A stretch of DNA of 64,000 nt from Octopus sinensis. Its lineage: Eukaryota. Location of the stretch: the NCBI RefSeq assembly GCF_006345805.1, contig NC_043000.1, positions 17,236,001-17,300,000 of the forward strand, read 5' to 3'. The position numbers and the translations under genes were made by a program. Under the pieces are notes generated by a model. That model was not told where the DNA came from and ran no database searches. It saw nothing but the letters and a program-made list of their open reading frames with translations. Positions 50,284-62,659 of this stretch are shown piece by piece; within the stretch, counting starts at the first letter, position 1, and each line of letters starts with the position of its first letter.

Positions 50284-51180
50284 AGTGGCCCGCAATGTAA
50301 TTCGAGTTGGCCAGGCCTGGACTAAACTCTTGAAGGCATTGTACCAATATGGCCGCAGTCCAGTGACTGAATCAAGTACAAGATGAAAAATAAAAGATAG
50401 ACAGATACATCTCTTCATCCAGTAACAACAATTTTTTAATCGGACGAGAGAAAATTAATGCCGTTTTTCTTCTTTTTTTGTATTAGATTTTTTTTTGGTG
50501 GGGGGATTAGCGAAAATAACGATCAAAACCTTGACAAAATGTCAAACACATTGTAAATAATTCAGTGAATTAATTTCACAAAATGATAATATCATTTTAC
50601 TTGGCCCATGATATTTTCAATTATCATGTAAACGATTTTTCTTTCCTTTGGTCACAAATACTAACTATTCTTCATAATCACTGATGATTTATTATGGCGA
50701 CTAGTTAGCTTACAACGTTGTGGAAACTGCATTGGAAAAGGTTAGTTTTCCTCTTCAGGGACAGAAAAAAAAAGCTTCCTTTTTGAATATGTGCTGACCC
50801 TCCACAAAGCACAGTTACGACCCTCATTAAAACACAACACGCACCAAAGACGCTAGTGGTGGTGGTACCGATGCTACAGCACACGCACACTTACTCTCTC
50901 TTTCCTACACACACGCGCGCGCGTGTAAACATTTATACATTTCAGAAAGCATCTGACTGATTGGCAAATATTCATTCACCATCACATTGCATCCACCAGC
51001 CATGGTCAATGACTGATGGACTTTCAGAATGGAATCTGTGCCGGCCTTTACCTAAATAAAACCGTCTTAGTCATCTTGAAGTTTGAGAGGATCCCCATCT
51101 GTCAGGGTCCCAAAACAATCTTGTTCCACATTGACAAATTTCTCTCGGGTCCCTCCCACAAACTCATCAATACAAGGACC

Positions 51181-51297
51181 AGCGCAATGACACAACCACT
51201 AGCGAAATGATACAACCACTAGCGCAATGATACAACCACTAGCACAAGGATACGACTACTAGCGCAGTGATACGACCACTAGCGCAGTGATACAACG
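51181..51297. repeat. 20-bp tandem repeat x6 (agcgcaatgatacaaccact)
   Basis: Exact 20-bp periodicity. Confidence 0.95.
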
Positions 51298-52813
51298 AAC
51301 TCAGTGAATCCCTATCTTCTGCTCTTTTTACAAAGGGTGTTAAACAGTTCCCGTTTCTCTCATCCAGAAGATGAGTACCACATACTCCATACACTATTTT
51401 TCTTGTCGATTCTTACTGTCTGTGTTTTACTTTACCAAATGGTTCCTTCTAAGATCTGTTCTTGGAAGATTTGGACTACTTATTTTATCGACTCTGAAAA
51501 GAAGAAAGTCGATTCCAGTGAGATCTGAACTCGAAAACCCGAAGGACATAACAAAAGACTGCAAGATATTTTGCCTGGAGTTTCCGTTGACTCTACCATC
51601 GGGCTCCCTTAAAACTTTTACAATAAAACTTTTTTTAACGTTATTTATGCCATACTAAGGAAGCCATGTGAAACCAGCAGTACTTGTTATCACAAAGCTG
51701 TGTGCGAGCAGTCGAGAGAGCCTTTACGTGATTACTCGACCAACTAGAAACAACAGCAAAATATCCCTCATTTTACTATTTTAAAAAGCCCCGCTGCATT
51801 GCATCGCTCGGGCTAGGGGTGGTTATAATGTTGTTAAGGTGGTTTTGCAAGGGTTAAACAATAACAATAACAAACCTACTATCGCTACTAACAATAAGGT
51901 TATGTGGTCGATGAGCCCGTTAGAAATAGCAGTCAAATCTCCTTCAAAATACACTGTAGTCTTTTAAAAAATAATTTGGGAATGCAATAAATAATGAAGT
52001 CTAATATATGTTATTACTGACAAAAGCAAATACAAAAAAAACACAGGATGGTCATACATAGGTTTTCTTTGATTATAAAAAAGTCTACTGGATCAGGCCT
52101 GACATGGGACTGGGGTAAAACAAGAGCAACAACAACAACAACAACAACAACAACAGCAACAGCAACAGCAGCAGCAACATTATCATTAAGACTATCGGTA
52201 TCTCAAACATCCATTGCTATCCACCCGTTTCCGTCTTCATTCACCACCAACAATGACAACAGCAACATCTCCAACAACAGTCAGAACAACAATAATATTT
52301 CAGCAAAACGTGAATGAAAACCAGTTTCTAATACAAATCCGCTTTGTTCCCCAACAACGCAGTGGTTTGTTTAAAATGGCCGTATTTCCGTCAGATGCCG
52401 TTTCAGTTGTCGTCTGACACAATACTTGATAACAATGGAGTCGTCTGCTGAGAACAGATTTAGAAACTCAAGAGTTTTAACCGACGTTTCAGGTAGTTTT
52501 CTTCCAGTCGAAGTATTTATGAAATATATATCATAAGAGATCAGATACATGCGGGTGGGCTCAGTGTCTACGTGTGAGTGTTTGTGCGCGCATGTGTGTG
52601 TGTGTGTGATATCTATATATCTGCGAGTATGTATAAACACACACACACACACGCACAAAACAATCACGCGGAAAGAATAGGTACAAGGAAGAAAAGGCAT
52701 TGTTATATATATGGAGGTATATATTCACATATATGAATATGTATATATATATGTATGTTTATATTTATATATATAATATATACATATGCATATGTATATA
52801 TATATACATATGC

Positions 52814-52889
<76 letters not shown>

Positions 52890-53133
52890 GAAAAATACAA
52901 ACTGGGACAAGAACGTAAAACATTTAGAAGATGATACAAAAAACACGGACGGGACATTCGAAGCCTTCAATCTTCAGTCAAGAACCGGATCATCCTTGCA
53001 ATTTCGGCTGATTAATCTTGAGATCGCTTCGATCCGGCCAGCCCCAAGGAAAAACTAAGCTACGAGCATTAGATTTCTTGGAAAAAGGATCGAATGTATA
53101 CGAAACAAGGACAGAAAAACGGAGTTAGTTTAC

Positions 53134-53254
53134 CATTTTCAATTATATATATATGTATGTAACAATGCCTTCTCTTCCGAGTGTCCATTGTTTTGAGCTC
53201 ATTGTATTAAATTATGTGTGTATGTAATATACATGTATGTATATATATATATAT

Positions 53255-53352
<98 letters not shown>

Positions 53353-53406
53353 CATGTATATTTACATACACACATAATTTAATACAATGAGCTCAAAACA
53401 ATGGAC

Positions 53407-53446
<40 letters not shown>

Positions 53447-53549
53447 CATGTATATTTACATACACACATAATTTAATACAATGAGCTCAAAACAATGGAC
53501 ACTCGGAAGAGAAGGCATTGTTACATACATATATATATAATTGAAAATG
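53134..53549. repeat. About 110-bp inverted repeat around (TA)n with a partial tandem duplication
   Basis: Arms about 53134-53240 and 53440-53549; extra partial copy about 53346-53408. Confidence 0.9.
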
Positions 53550-54699
53550 CATTAAATACTACAAAACGTACACGTAGGACAGACACCAGAACCGTAATAT
53601 TTCATCAGTTATCGACCAAAAATGCTAATACCTAGTCTCATGCCTTTAATGATAAGACTAGGAATTTCATATACCGGTGGCACCCATAAGATTTACGGAG
53701 AATTAGGGCTCGAGCAAACGAAATAATACAGGGTGGACGTACGAAAGTAAACAACAGTCATTTGAAGCGATAGACGATAGATAATATATATATATATATA
53801 TATCAAAGAAGGCAATGCACATAATTTACATAGTTTTAATATTTTTTTAGTATGTTTTATAAGTGAAAGAGTATTGTGTTTGTCGACCGGTTTCACTTTC
53901 GCTAATCACATCATTGAAGTTATTGTAATTTCATATTTTCTTAAGAAGATTTTAGTCCATGTTTGAGTGAAGAAGCTTGTGAATGAATGATTCAACAAGT
54001 AGAAAAATCTAAGGGGAGGTTGACATCTGCTCTTCTCTCCATTCTCGCAAGCTCATTTCACCCTTTTTGGATAGACTTCTGGCTGGTGAGGAAAAATGGA
54101 TCTTCTATCGAAATGTTAAACGTCGTAAAGAGTGTGTAACGAACTTAGTGTGAATATCTTCTCTTGTACTTTCGGGGTACAAGAAAGCAATCACTATCCG
54201 TTGCTTTAATAATCCAGAATTCTACCAGTCAGAAACAACAAGACGCAGACGTAAATAATATATATACTACTTTATTCTCTAATGTGGTAACAGTAACAAT
54301 AAGTGGTTATCTGGTATCCCTTTGGTATAAATGTGTCAGTGCTGAACCTTATCGCTGTAAGATAAGAAAGTGTTCAAATGCAAAACGACACTGGTCAAAG
54401 ATGGCGTCGAACAATGGAGACGATGTTGGTCTGCAACAATTTGGTTAAAGGCCTTTTGGTAAGGTGCTGCTAGAATCAAGTTCGGACGGAGAGAAAATAT
54501 ACGTGACCGTCGCCTTCAGTCGTTGCTGTCTCAAGTCGCTGCTTGCTGGACGATGGTGGTCAACGTCTTACGACCCCCTTGCCTCGGCTAACTGCTACGT
54601 AGGCAAAAGGGTTCTTCTTCCGGTGGTGAAAGCACCAACCCCGCACGCGCGAAATACAAATGGACGGTGCGCGAGCGCGCGCCGTTGTATAGGATCACT

Positions 54700-55306
54700 A
54701 CAAGTGGCTTGGTAAAAGGGAAAAAGCTCAACCACAACCGAAAGGGAACTTCATGGGGAAAAGGTTCTTTTCTCTATCTGCTGAGATTGCAAAGGAGTAA
54801 TTCACTTTGAATTATTACCACCTAATGCAACAATCAATGTTCAAGTCTACTGTCAGCAATTAGAACGTTTGAACCAAGCTTTGAAGAAAAAAAGACCTGC
54901 TTTAGTGAATCGAAAAGGAGTGATGTTTCATCAGGACATTGCGCGACCCCACGCTGAAAATTTCACATCACAGAAGATCGAAGAGCTTGGTTGGGAAAAA
55001 ATTCCTCATCCACCTTATTCTCCCGACCTTGCTCCTTTAGACTACCATTTGATTCGTAGTTTCCAGAATTATTTGGGGGACATAACTTTCGCCAGCCAGG
55101 AGGAGGTCGAAACTGGCATTTCAGAGTTCTTGGCTTTGAAATCAAAAGAGTTTTACATTGATAGGATTAAAAATCTTGTATATAGATGGAAGGAAGTCAT
55201 AGATAATCAAGGAAAGTACACTGATGATTAAATTTCAATTAAATATAACATTTGATCACTTGTTTTCTTTATTCAAAATTCGGACAGAACTTATGGGATG
55301 ACATGA
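54700..55306 (+). mobile_element. 3' half of a second mariner element
   Basis: ELLPPNATIN..YCQQL, FHQDIARPH, HPPYSPDLAPLD, RWKEVIDNQGKY; 3' TIR ..cggacagaacttatgggatgacatga followed by TA. Confidence 0.88.
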
Positions 55307-55830
55307 TACATACATAAACTGTGTCCAGAAAATTAGAAAAACTAGAAATCCGGAACACTTCCGATCCCAAACTTGCCGGATAATTGGTATGGTACTGTTA
55401 TAAACATATTTCTACCTAAAATAGATTATTCCTAAAAAAAAATTTTTTTTAAGGCGTGGGTGAAGTAGCTGTCAGCTAGGTTGGTCGCGTGAGTGAGAAA
55501 CTCTCACTGACTATGTCAAATGTCTAACAAATGTAAAACAACTTCTTTTAGTGTTTTCGTTACAATTCAGTTGGGCTACTAACAAAACAATCTTATTTTT
55601 GCTAGCATTTGTCTTTATAAATGTGTCTGTGTATGTACGTATGTGTATGTGTGTGCGTGTGCGTTGTCGTCTGTGTGTGTCTTCGAGTGTACGTATGTGT
55701 GTGTATGTGTGTCTGTGCGTTGTCGTGTGTGTGTGTTAGCGTGTACGTATGTGTATGCACGCGTTGTCATGTGTGTGTGTGTGTTCGAGTGTACATATGT
55801 GTGTGTGCATGTGCTTGTTTATGTATGCGC

Positions 55831-55862
<32 letters not shown>

Positions 55863-55864
55863 TC

Positions 55865-56310
55865 CTTTATTGTTTTACTTCTTTCAGTCATTTGATTGAC
55901 TGCGGCCATACTGGAGCACCACCTGAAAGGATTTTCTTTTTTAGTCGAAGAAATCGACCTCAGGACTTATTCCTTGTAAGCCTATTACTTATTCTTTTGC
56001 CGAACTGCTAAGTTACGGGGACGTAAAAACACAAAAATCGGTTGTCAAGCGATGGTGGCTGGACAAACACAGACACACACACACACACACACACATACAT
56101 ACATACATACATACATACATACATACATACATACATACATACATACATACATACACACACGCGTACACACACGCGCATACAATGGGCTTCTTTCAGTTTC
56201 CTTCTACCAAATTCACTCACAAGGCTTTGGTCGACCCGAGGTTATAATCGAATAAACTTCACTGAACCATGTGGTTGGGAAGCAAACTTCTTACCCCCAC
56301 AGCCACGCCA
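55865..56310 (-). mobile_element. SINE family B, diverged
   Basis: Module match with internal (CATA)n. Confidence 0.8.
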
Positions 56311-56331
56311 CGCGTATGTATGTATGTAGTT

Positions 56332-56646
56332 AAGGCGCGTGGTTTAGGGTATTTGGCTCATGATCATAAGATCGCAAGTTCGATTCCCGGCGGACGTCGT
56401 GTCCTCGAAGAAGACACTTTATTGTCCTTTGCTCTAGTTTGCTAACCTGGCAAAAATGAGTGGTACCTGTAATTTAGAAGGGCCAGCCTGGTCACATTCT
56501 CTGTCACACTGAATCTGCCTAAGAACTACGTTAAGGGGTACACGAGTCTGTGGAGTACTCAGTCACTTCCATTTAATTTCACGAGAAGGCTATTCCATTG
56601 ATCGGATCAACTGGAACGCTTATCGTCGTAATCAACGGAGTGCCAG
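56332..56646 (+). mobile_element. Old SINE: head + CORE-like middle + family A tail
   Basis: Same architecture as 3803-4118. Confidence 0.75.
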
Positions 56647-57129
56647 GTAAGGTATGTATATATGTATGTATGCAAGTATGTATGTATGTATGTATGTATG
56701 TATGTATGTATGTATGTATGTACGTATGTACGTATGTATGTATGTATGTATGTATGTATGTATGTATGTATGTATGTATGTATGTATGTATGTATGTATG
56801 TATGTATGTATGTATGTATGTATGTAGGTATGTATGTATGTATGTATGTATGTATGTATGTGTATGTATGTATGTCATTATTCAGTTTATTTCAAGATTT
56901 CTTGCCAATAGAGAAAGAACCGGTTTCTAACCTAGATCCAAGGTTCCTTCATTGGAATTTCAACTTAAACAACAGGTTATTTTTGTTTGTTTGTATGTAT
57001 GTATGTATATATATGTACGCATGTATGTACGCATGTATGTACATATGTATGTATGTATTATGTATGTATGTATGTATGTATGTATGTATGTATGTATGTA
57101 TGCAAATATGTATGTATGTACGTATGTAC

Positions 57130-57160
<31 letters not shown>

Positions 57161-57205
57161 TGTATGTATGTATATATGTATTATGTATGTATGTATGTAT
57201 GTATG

Positions 57206-57236
<31 letters not shown>

Positions 57237-57430
57237 TTTAAAAAATAGGATAAAATTTTTAAAATTTGTTCCGAAAAAGCACGTTGTTACCGAAATGCAA
57301 TTCGAAAGAGCCCGCCATTTACATAGGTGTATGATGGGTAAACATTTCCATATGCTACGATGGAGGTGATGGTTGTCTATCTGGTATGATGTTTTTTTTT
57401 TTTTGTTTATTCATGATATATCTTGGATTC

Positions 57431-57494
57431 GCTTCACTGAAGAGCAAGGGACGCGGATACTGCGTTAATTGCGAAATCACAGGTGATCTGGAGC
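57431..57494 (+). ncRNA. Type I hammerhead ribozyme with canonical core
   Basis: Stem I GCTTCA/TGGAGC, core CTGAAGA, stem II GCAA/TTGC (extended by ACGC/GCGT), GAAA, stem III ATCAC/GTGAT, ATC triplet; predicted cut after 57488. Confidence 0.8.
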
Positions 57495-57627
57495 TAAATT
57501 CTGTTTTTAAATCACTCGCTTCGAGAATTGTATTCGGTACGATTTGTTAATATTTGGTAGTTATGACTTTAAGAGTTCCTCCTAGTGTGCGGCATTTATG
57601 TGTAATAATGCCCTCTATACAATATAA

Positions 57628-57658
<31 letters not shown>

Positions 57659-57724
57659 TGTATGTATGTATGTATGTATGTATGTATGTATGTACAGATT
57701 TGTATATTTTATGCATGTATTGTC

Positions 57725-58420
57725 ATGCATAGAGTTACATATCTAGACTTGCTCATATATATTTAAATGATAAACTTCTGGAAAGTTTTACAGATATTTA
57801 CAATTCCAGTGATGGATCGAATCTGAATTAGCTTTCTCCTTTCTGGTTTTGAGAAGCTTAATTTCTCAAGATTGGTATTTAGGCAGTGTGCTACATATCC
57901 CAGGACCCCAATGATTACCGGTATAAACCTGAACTTCTAATCTGGATAGAGTAACTGTAGATTTCTCAATAGTTCAGCATAGGTGTTCTCTTTTTCACTG
58001 ATCTTCAGCCTTATGAAGCCTTATATATCAATAACTATAGATATAAAGAACTAGAGAATAGGATATATATAACTTGGCTACACCGATGACGATAGTTATA
58101 CATGATAATCAAAATATATAGTACTACACACCAATAATTATAAACATAGATGATAGCTAGTGTTTAAGGTGCATATCTCATTGAAATGATAGTTATGGAT
58201 ATAAGAATATTTAACGAAATGCAACAATAATTATGTCTATACGCAAGAATATGCAATCATAATCAATGGTGTTGTAAGCCGTGATTATTTGTAGATAATG
58301 TACTTTCCTATCAGTCATCTACCGAGTAGTTGATCTCTATAACAATAAGCCGCTTTTGTTTTCTTTTCCATATAACAATATCAGGTTTGTTGTGTTTGAA
58401 CTGGTATAGGGTTTTATTTA
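57725..58420 (-). mobile_element. C-terminal fragments of an RLE-type (R2/R4/NeSL group) non-LTR element
   Basis: HNKPDIVIW..LIVIEI (about 58340-58410) and LKISEKENTYAELLRNLQLLYPD..FIPVIIGVLGYV (about 57870-58010) match the PD-(D/E)xK endonuclease region. Confidence 0.7.
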
Positions 58421-58954
58421 AATAGTCTATATTTATACAAAGTGTGGATAAATTTCGAGTCTTTGGCACGTTTGATTTTTATCCGACCGGTTAAGTCAAA
58501 CTTCCTACAAATAGCACAGAGTTGAGATTAATATTATACAAGAGTTGTATAGTTATTTTAGGATAAACGTATACATATACTATAGCGAACATAAATATTG
58601 TGAAAGCAATGTTAATCAATATTCCCGAGGGATTTTACAAAACTCTTTTATTATAAATACACTTGAATCAACCCATAAGCACACACAAGATAACAAGTCG
58701 TATGCGTTCCAGGAACGACAGCTATATTTTCTTTCCAAACAAATGAATACGAAATCATGTAAAGCTAGCTTTAGTGTTTCGCGATGTTTAGGAATACAGT
58801 ATAAGTCTATTCGTAAGGTGGTGAGCTGGCAGAATTGTTATCGCGTCGGGCAAAATGCTCTCATCGGCATTTTGCCCCTCGTTACGTCCTGAATTCAAAT
58901 CCCACTGAGATCAACTTTACTTTTCATCCTTTCGGAGTCGATAAAATAAGTACC

Positions 58955-59349
58955 TATTTATTTACTACCCACAAGGGGCTAAACACAGAGAGGACAAACA
59001 AGGACAGACAAACGGATTAAGTCGATTACATCGACCCCAGTGCGTAACTGGTACTTAATTTATCGACCCCGAAAGATGAAAGGCAAAGTCGACCTCGGCT
59101 GAATTTGAACTCAGAACGTAGCGACAGACGAAATAAGGTTACGCATTTCGCCCAGCGTGCTAACGTTTCTGCCAGCTCGCCGCCTTAAAAGGCAAAGTCG
59201 ACCTCGGCGGAATTTGAACTCAGAACGTAACGGCAGACGAAATAAGGCTACGCATTTCGCCCGGAGTGCTAACGTTTCTGCCATCTCGCCGCCTTAAAAG
59301 GCAAAGTCGACCTTGGCGGAATTTGAACCCAGAACGTAAAGACAGACGA
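58955..59349 (-). mobile_element. Young SINE C with triplicated head, nested inside an old SINE C (about 58816-59440, +)
   Basis: 14-bp TSD ataaaataagtacc at 58941 and 59350; about 109-bp head unit repeated. Confidence 0.9.
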
Positions 59350-59779
59350 ATAAAATAAGTACCACTTGAGCAAGGGGGTTGATGTAATCGTCATATCCTC
59401 TCCTCCGAATTTGTTGGTCTTGTGCCAAGATTTGAAACCAATATAAGTCTATTCAAGTATATTTATGGTATTATTTTTATTCTTTTACTAATTACACTCA
59501 ATGGAGAGCGGTCATACTGGAGCACATAAACATGCGAAGCCACACAGTATATCAAGTTGCGGCCTTCATGTTAAAAGGCATCTTAGCCATTTGATAACCA
59601 GGAAGCATGATCTGTAGAATGTACCATACTTTAGTTCAGACATGGGCAGTATTTTTTCGAGAAGCAGGCTGCATGAGACATGGTTCATCAAGTAGACTAT
59701 TCCACTAAAAATAATTCAAGGTAATTTTCCGTTTGTCATGCCCTTTCCATTTTGTCTACAGATGCATGCTTAGAGTAGG

Positions 59780-60090
59780 TTCACTCACTCGGGCCATTCT
59801 TGCAACATTCATTCACCTTATAACAAAATTACTGTGGGGAATAACTTCCCTCCCCACCCTCACTTTCCTTTTCAAGTGAAATTTGAAAAGGTTGATGAGG
59901 GCTTGGCCAAAGAGGAAAGTGTCTGTCTTCAGCCCTTTCAACCTGGTCCATCACACGACCTCTTTCACTAAGGCAAGAAAAACAGCCTACCCTTCCCGGC
60001 CACAGAAAGGTGATGGGGCTACCCTCACAATGGACTCAGCCGATAGCAGATTCGTCCTACATGTGACAGCAGATGTTCGACATAAACCCA
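59780..60090 (-). mobile_element. Tx1-type LINE C-terminal fragment
   Basis: Homologous to 61090-61350 (ggccaaagag.aaagt.t.tgtcttcagccc, tgttcgacataa.cccaca); 5' junction abuts (AAT)n. Confidence 0.75.
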
Positions 60091-60124
60091 CAATATAATA
60101 TAATAATATTAATAATAATAACAA

Positions 60125-60188
<64 letters not shown>

Positions 60189-60190
60189 AG

Positions 60191-60574
60191 TGGATGGAAG
60201 CACTCCGTCGGTTACGACGACGAGGGTTCCGGTTGATCCGATCAGCGGAACAGCCTGCTCGTGAAATTAACGTGTAAGTGGCTGAGCACTCCACAGACAC
60301 GTGTACCCTTAACGTAGTTCTCGGGGATATTCAGCGTGACACAGAGAGTGACAAGGCCGGCCCTTTGAAATACAGGTACAACAGAAACAGGAAGTAAGAG
60401 TGAGAGAAAGTTGTGGTGAAAGAGTACAGCAGGGATCACCACCATCCCTGCCGGAGCCTCGTGGAGCTTTAGGTGTTTTCGCTCAATAAACACTCACAAC
60501 GCCCGGTCTGGGAATCGAAACCACGATCCTATGACCGCGAGTCCGCTGCCCTAACCACTGGGCCATTGCACCTC
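60191..60574 (-). mobile_element. SINE family A within a (TAG)n tract
   Basis: Sequence identity to family A. Confidence 0.93.
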
Positions 60575-60647
60575 TTGGTAGTAGTAGTAGTAATAATAAT
60601 AATTTCTTTATTAACCACAAGGAATTTACATCATGATTATGATGATG

Positions 60648-60683
<36 letters not shown>

Positions 60684-60751
60684 TAATAATAATAATAACA
60701 ACAACAACAACAACGACGACGATGACGATGATGATGATGATGATGATGATG

Positions 60752-62125
60752 ATTTCTTTATTAACCACAAAGGTTTACATTAAGAAAAACATTATGGATT
60801 GAACAGGACAAAACAAAGAACATATGTGTGTACGTGTGTGGGTGGGTGTGGTTGTGAGGGTTTTGCGTGTAAACAAGACTAACGAATTTTTTAAGAATCA
60901 ACAACGTGTGATCCTCGATAGGGAGGAGACGTTCGAGGGCTGCTCATGGTAAAACCCAATAAAAAAACATGGGTACCATGACTTTTGGGGAGCAGGTGCC
61001 TTTTTTCCTTTCCTTTCTTTCCAACTACAGGCGTTTGCCCAGGACAGACCCGTTCCCTCGTACTGTTCTCGCCACTTTCGTCCATCTTTCAGCAAACTGA
61101 CTAGAAGACGAAACTTTCCTCTCTACCCTTATTTTCCTTTTCAAGTGATCAGGGATTGGCCAAAGAGAAAAGTATTTGTCTTCAGCCCCTTCAATCTCGT
61201 CCACCAGACAACCTCTTTCGCCATAGCCACCCGGCATATAAACACACCGTTTCCTTCCCGGTTAAAGGAAGGCAACGGGGCGATCATCACGATGGATTCA
61301 GTTGACAGCCGGACCCGTCCCACACGTGACAACAGGTGTTCGACATAAGCCCACAGGTCAGAAATGCTCGGGTACTGGACGAGTGCATGAAAGATCATCT
61401 CGTCGTCCTGCGCGCATCTCGGACATGCTCAGTTGACGGCGCTTCCGTGCTTGTAAAGTTTATTGCGAAAAGGCAAAACTCCTCGGTAGCACTGCCAGGC
61501 CAGAGATTTTTGAGAATTATCCATTGGTCCAAGCCCGAAAGATCTCCGGAAAAGAACGGCTAGTTGATCTTCTTCGACGCCCAATGTCTTCCCGAGAATG
61601 CCATTGCACTTTTTCTCCACTAATCCTTTATAAAAAGCTGAAGTGGACGATCGACCTATCGCAGTGTCCGATTGGCTGAGGGCTGTGAGCGCTTGAAGAC
61701 ATTCCACTTTTCAAATGCTCTACCTTGGTCTCTGTTGTACCCAGGACTGCAGCTCCGTTAAAGAAACTAGCTGCGAACAGCGACCACATCTGTTCACCGC
61801 CAAGGAAGCACTGGAGAGGTCGTAGCTTCAGTGCATACCTGTGCATCATCAACAACGGCATGCCCAAGCCACCACTCAACGGGTGTTGACAGCAGGTAGA
61901 CAGCCTGACCATCGGGACTCGTCCCTTCCTCAATAAGCGGAAGAGTATACGCTCCAGCGTATTCAGACGGTTGCTAGGACACGGCACGACGGTCAAGCGA
62001 CAGTAGATGACGAACGCGATATACGCGTTAGCCACCTCTGCCCGACTTTTCAGTATGATAATGACAGCCGACTGGTGTCTGCGCTCACAAAATATACCAG
62101 AGCAAACAAGACCGAACGCTCTGAG
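60752..62125 (-). mobile_element. Tx1-type (L1 group) LINE, 5'-truncated 3' part
   Basis: KSRAEVANAYI..YCRLTVVPCP, LSGGLGMP, ETIFHALVQYP, AKEVVWWTR; 3' end cctttgtggttaataaagaaat; microsatellite on both flanks. Confidence 0.8.
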
Positions 62126-62152
62126 AAGTAAAACAATAATAATAATAATTGC

Positions 62153-62192
<40 letters not shown>

Positions 62193-62193
<1 letters not shown>

Positions 62194-62555
62194 CTTGCTG
62201 TCCGGTAGCAAGTTTTCTGAAAGGTGGGTGAATTGTGTGAGAATGGCCAGTATAAATGGACCAGTTCTCAGGTTTCGCCTGTGATTCAAAAAGGTAATAT
62301 AAAAGGAAAATAGGGACTCTCTACCCCCCTTTTTGACCAGGCTCCCGTTGGCTTTTATGGGGTTTTTTCCACCAGGAACCTTTCGAAGCGCCTCCCCCTA
62401 TTGGGAGTTTTTCCTTGTTACAATCTTTCGTTGTTACACTGTTTTTACACGATTTTTTCACAAACGGATAAAACCCTTTGTAACCTTTCGTCCTGTTCTC
62501 TCCCTTTATGTTTTCTAATCATGTGTGTCAGCCCTTGTGGCCAATAAAAAAGAAT
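62193..62555 (+). mobile_element. Tx1-type LINE 3'-end fragment (related subfamily)
   Basis: RWVNCVRMASINGPVL aligns to RWTKVARTVRGNGSVL; ends cccttgtggccaataaa; (ATT)n on both sides. Confidence 0.7.
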
Positions 62556-62659
62556 TAATTATTATTATTATTATACATGCGTTTGTTTTACTAACGGAAC
62601 TGAAAAAAATCGACCTTGTTTCTGAAAATTTTTGAACCTGGATTTGGCACCCACTAAGC

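Noticed and set aside
52440-52515. Hammerhead-like GAAACGTCGG on the minus strand
   Set aside because: Core and stem II do not form.
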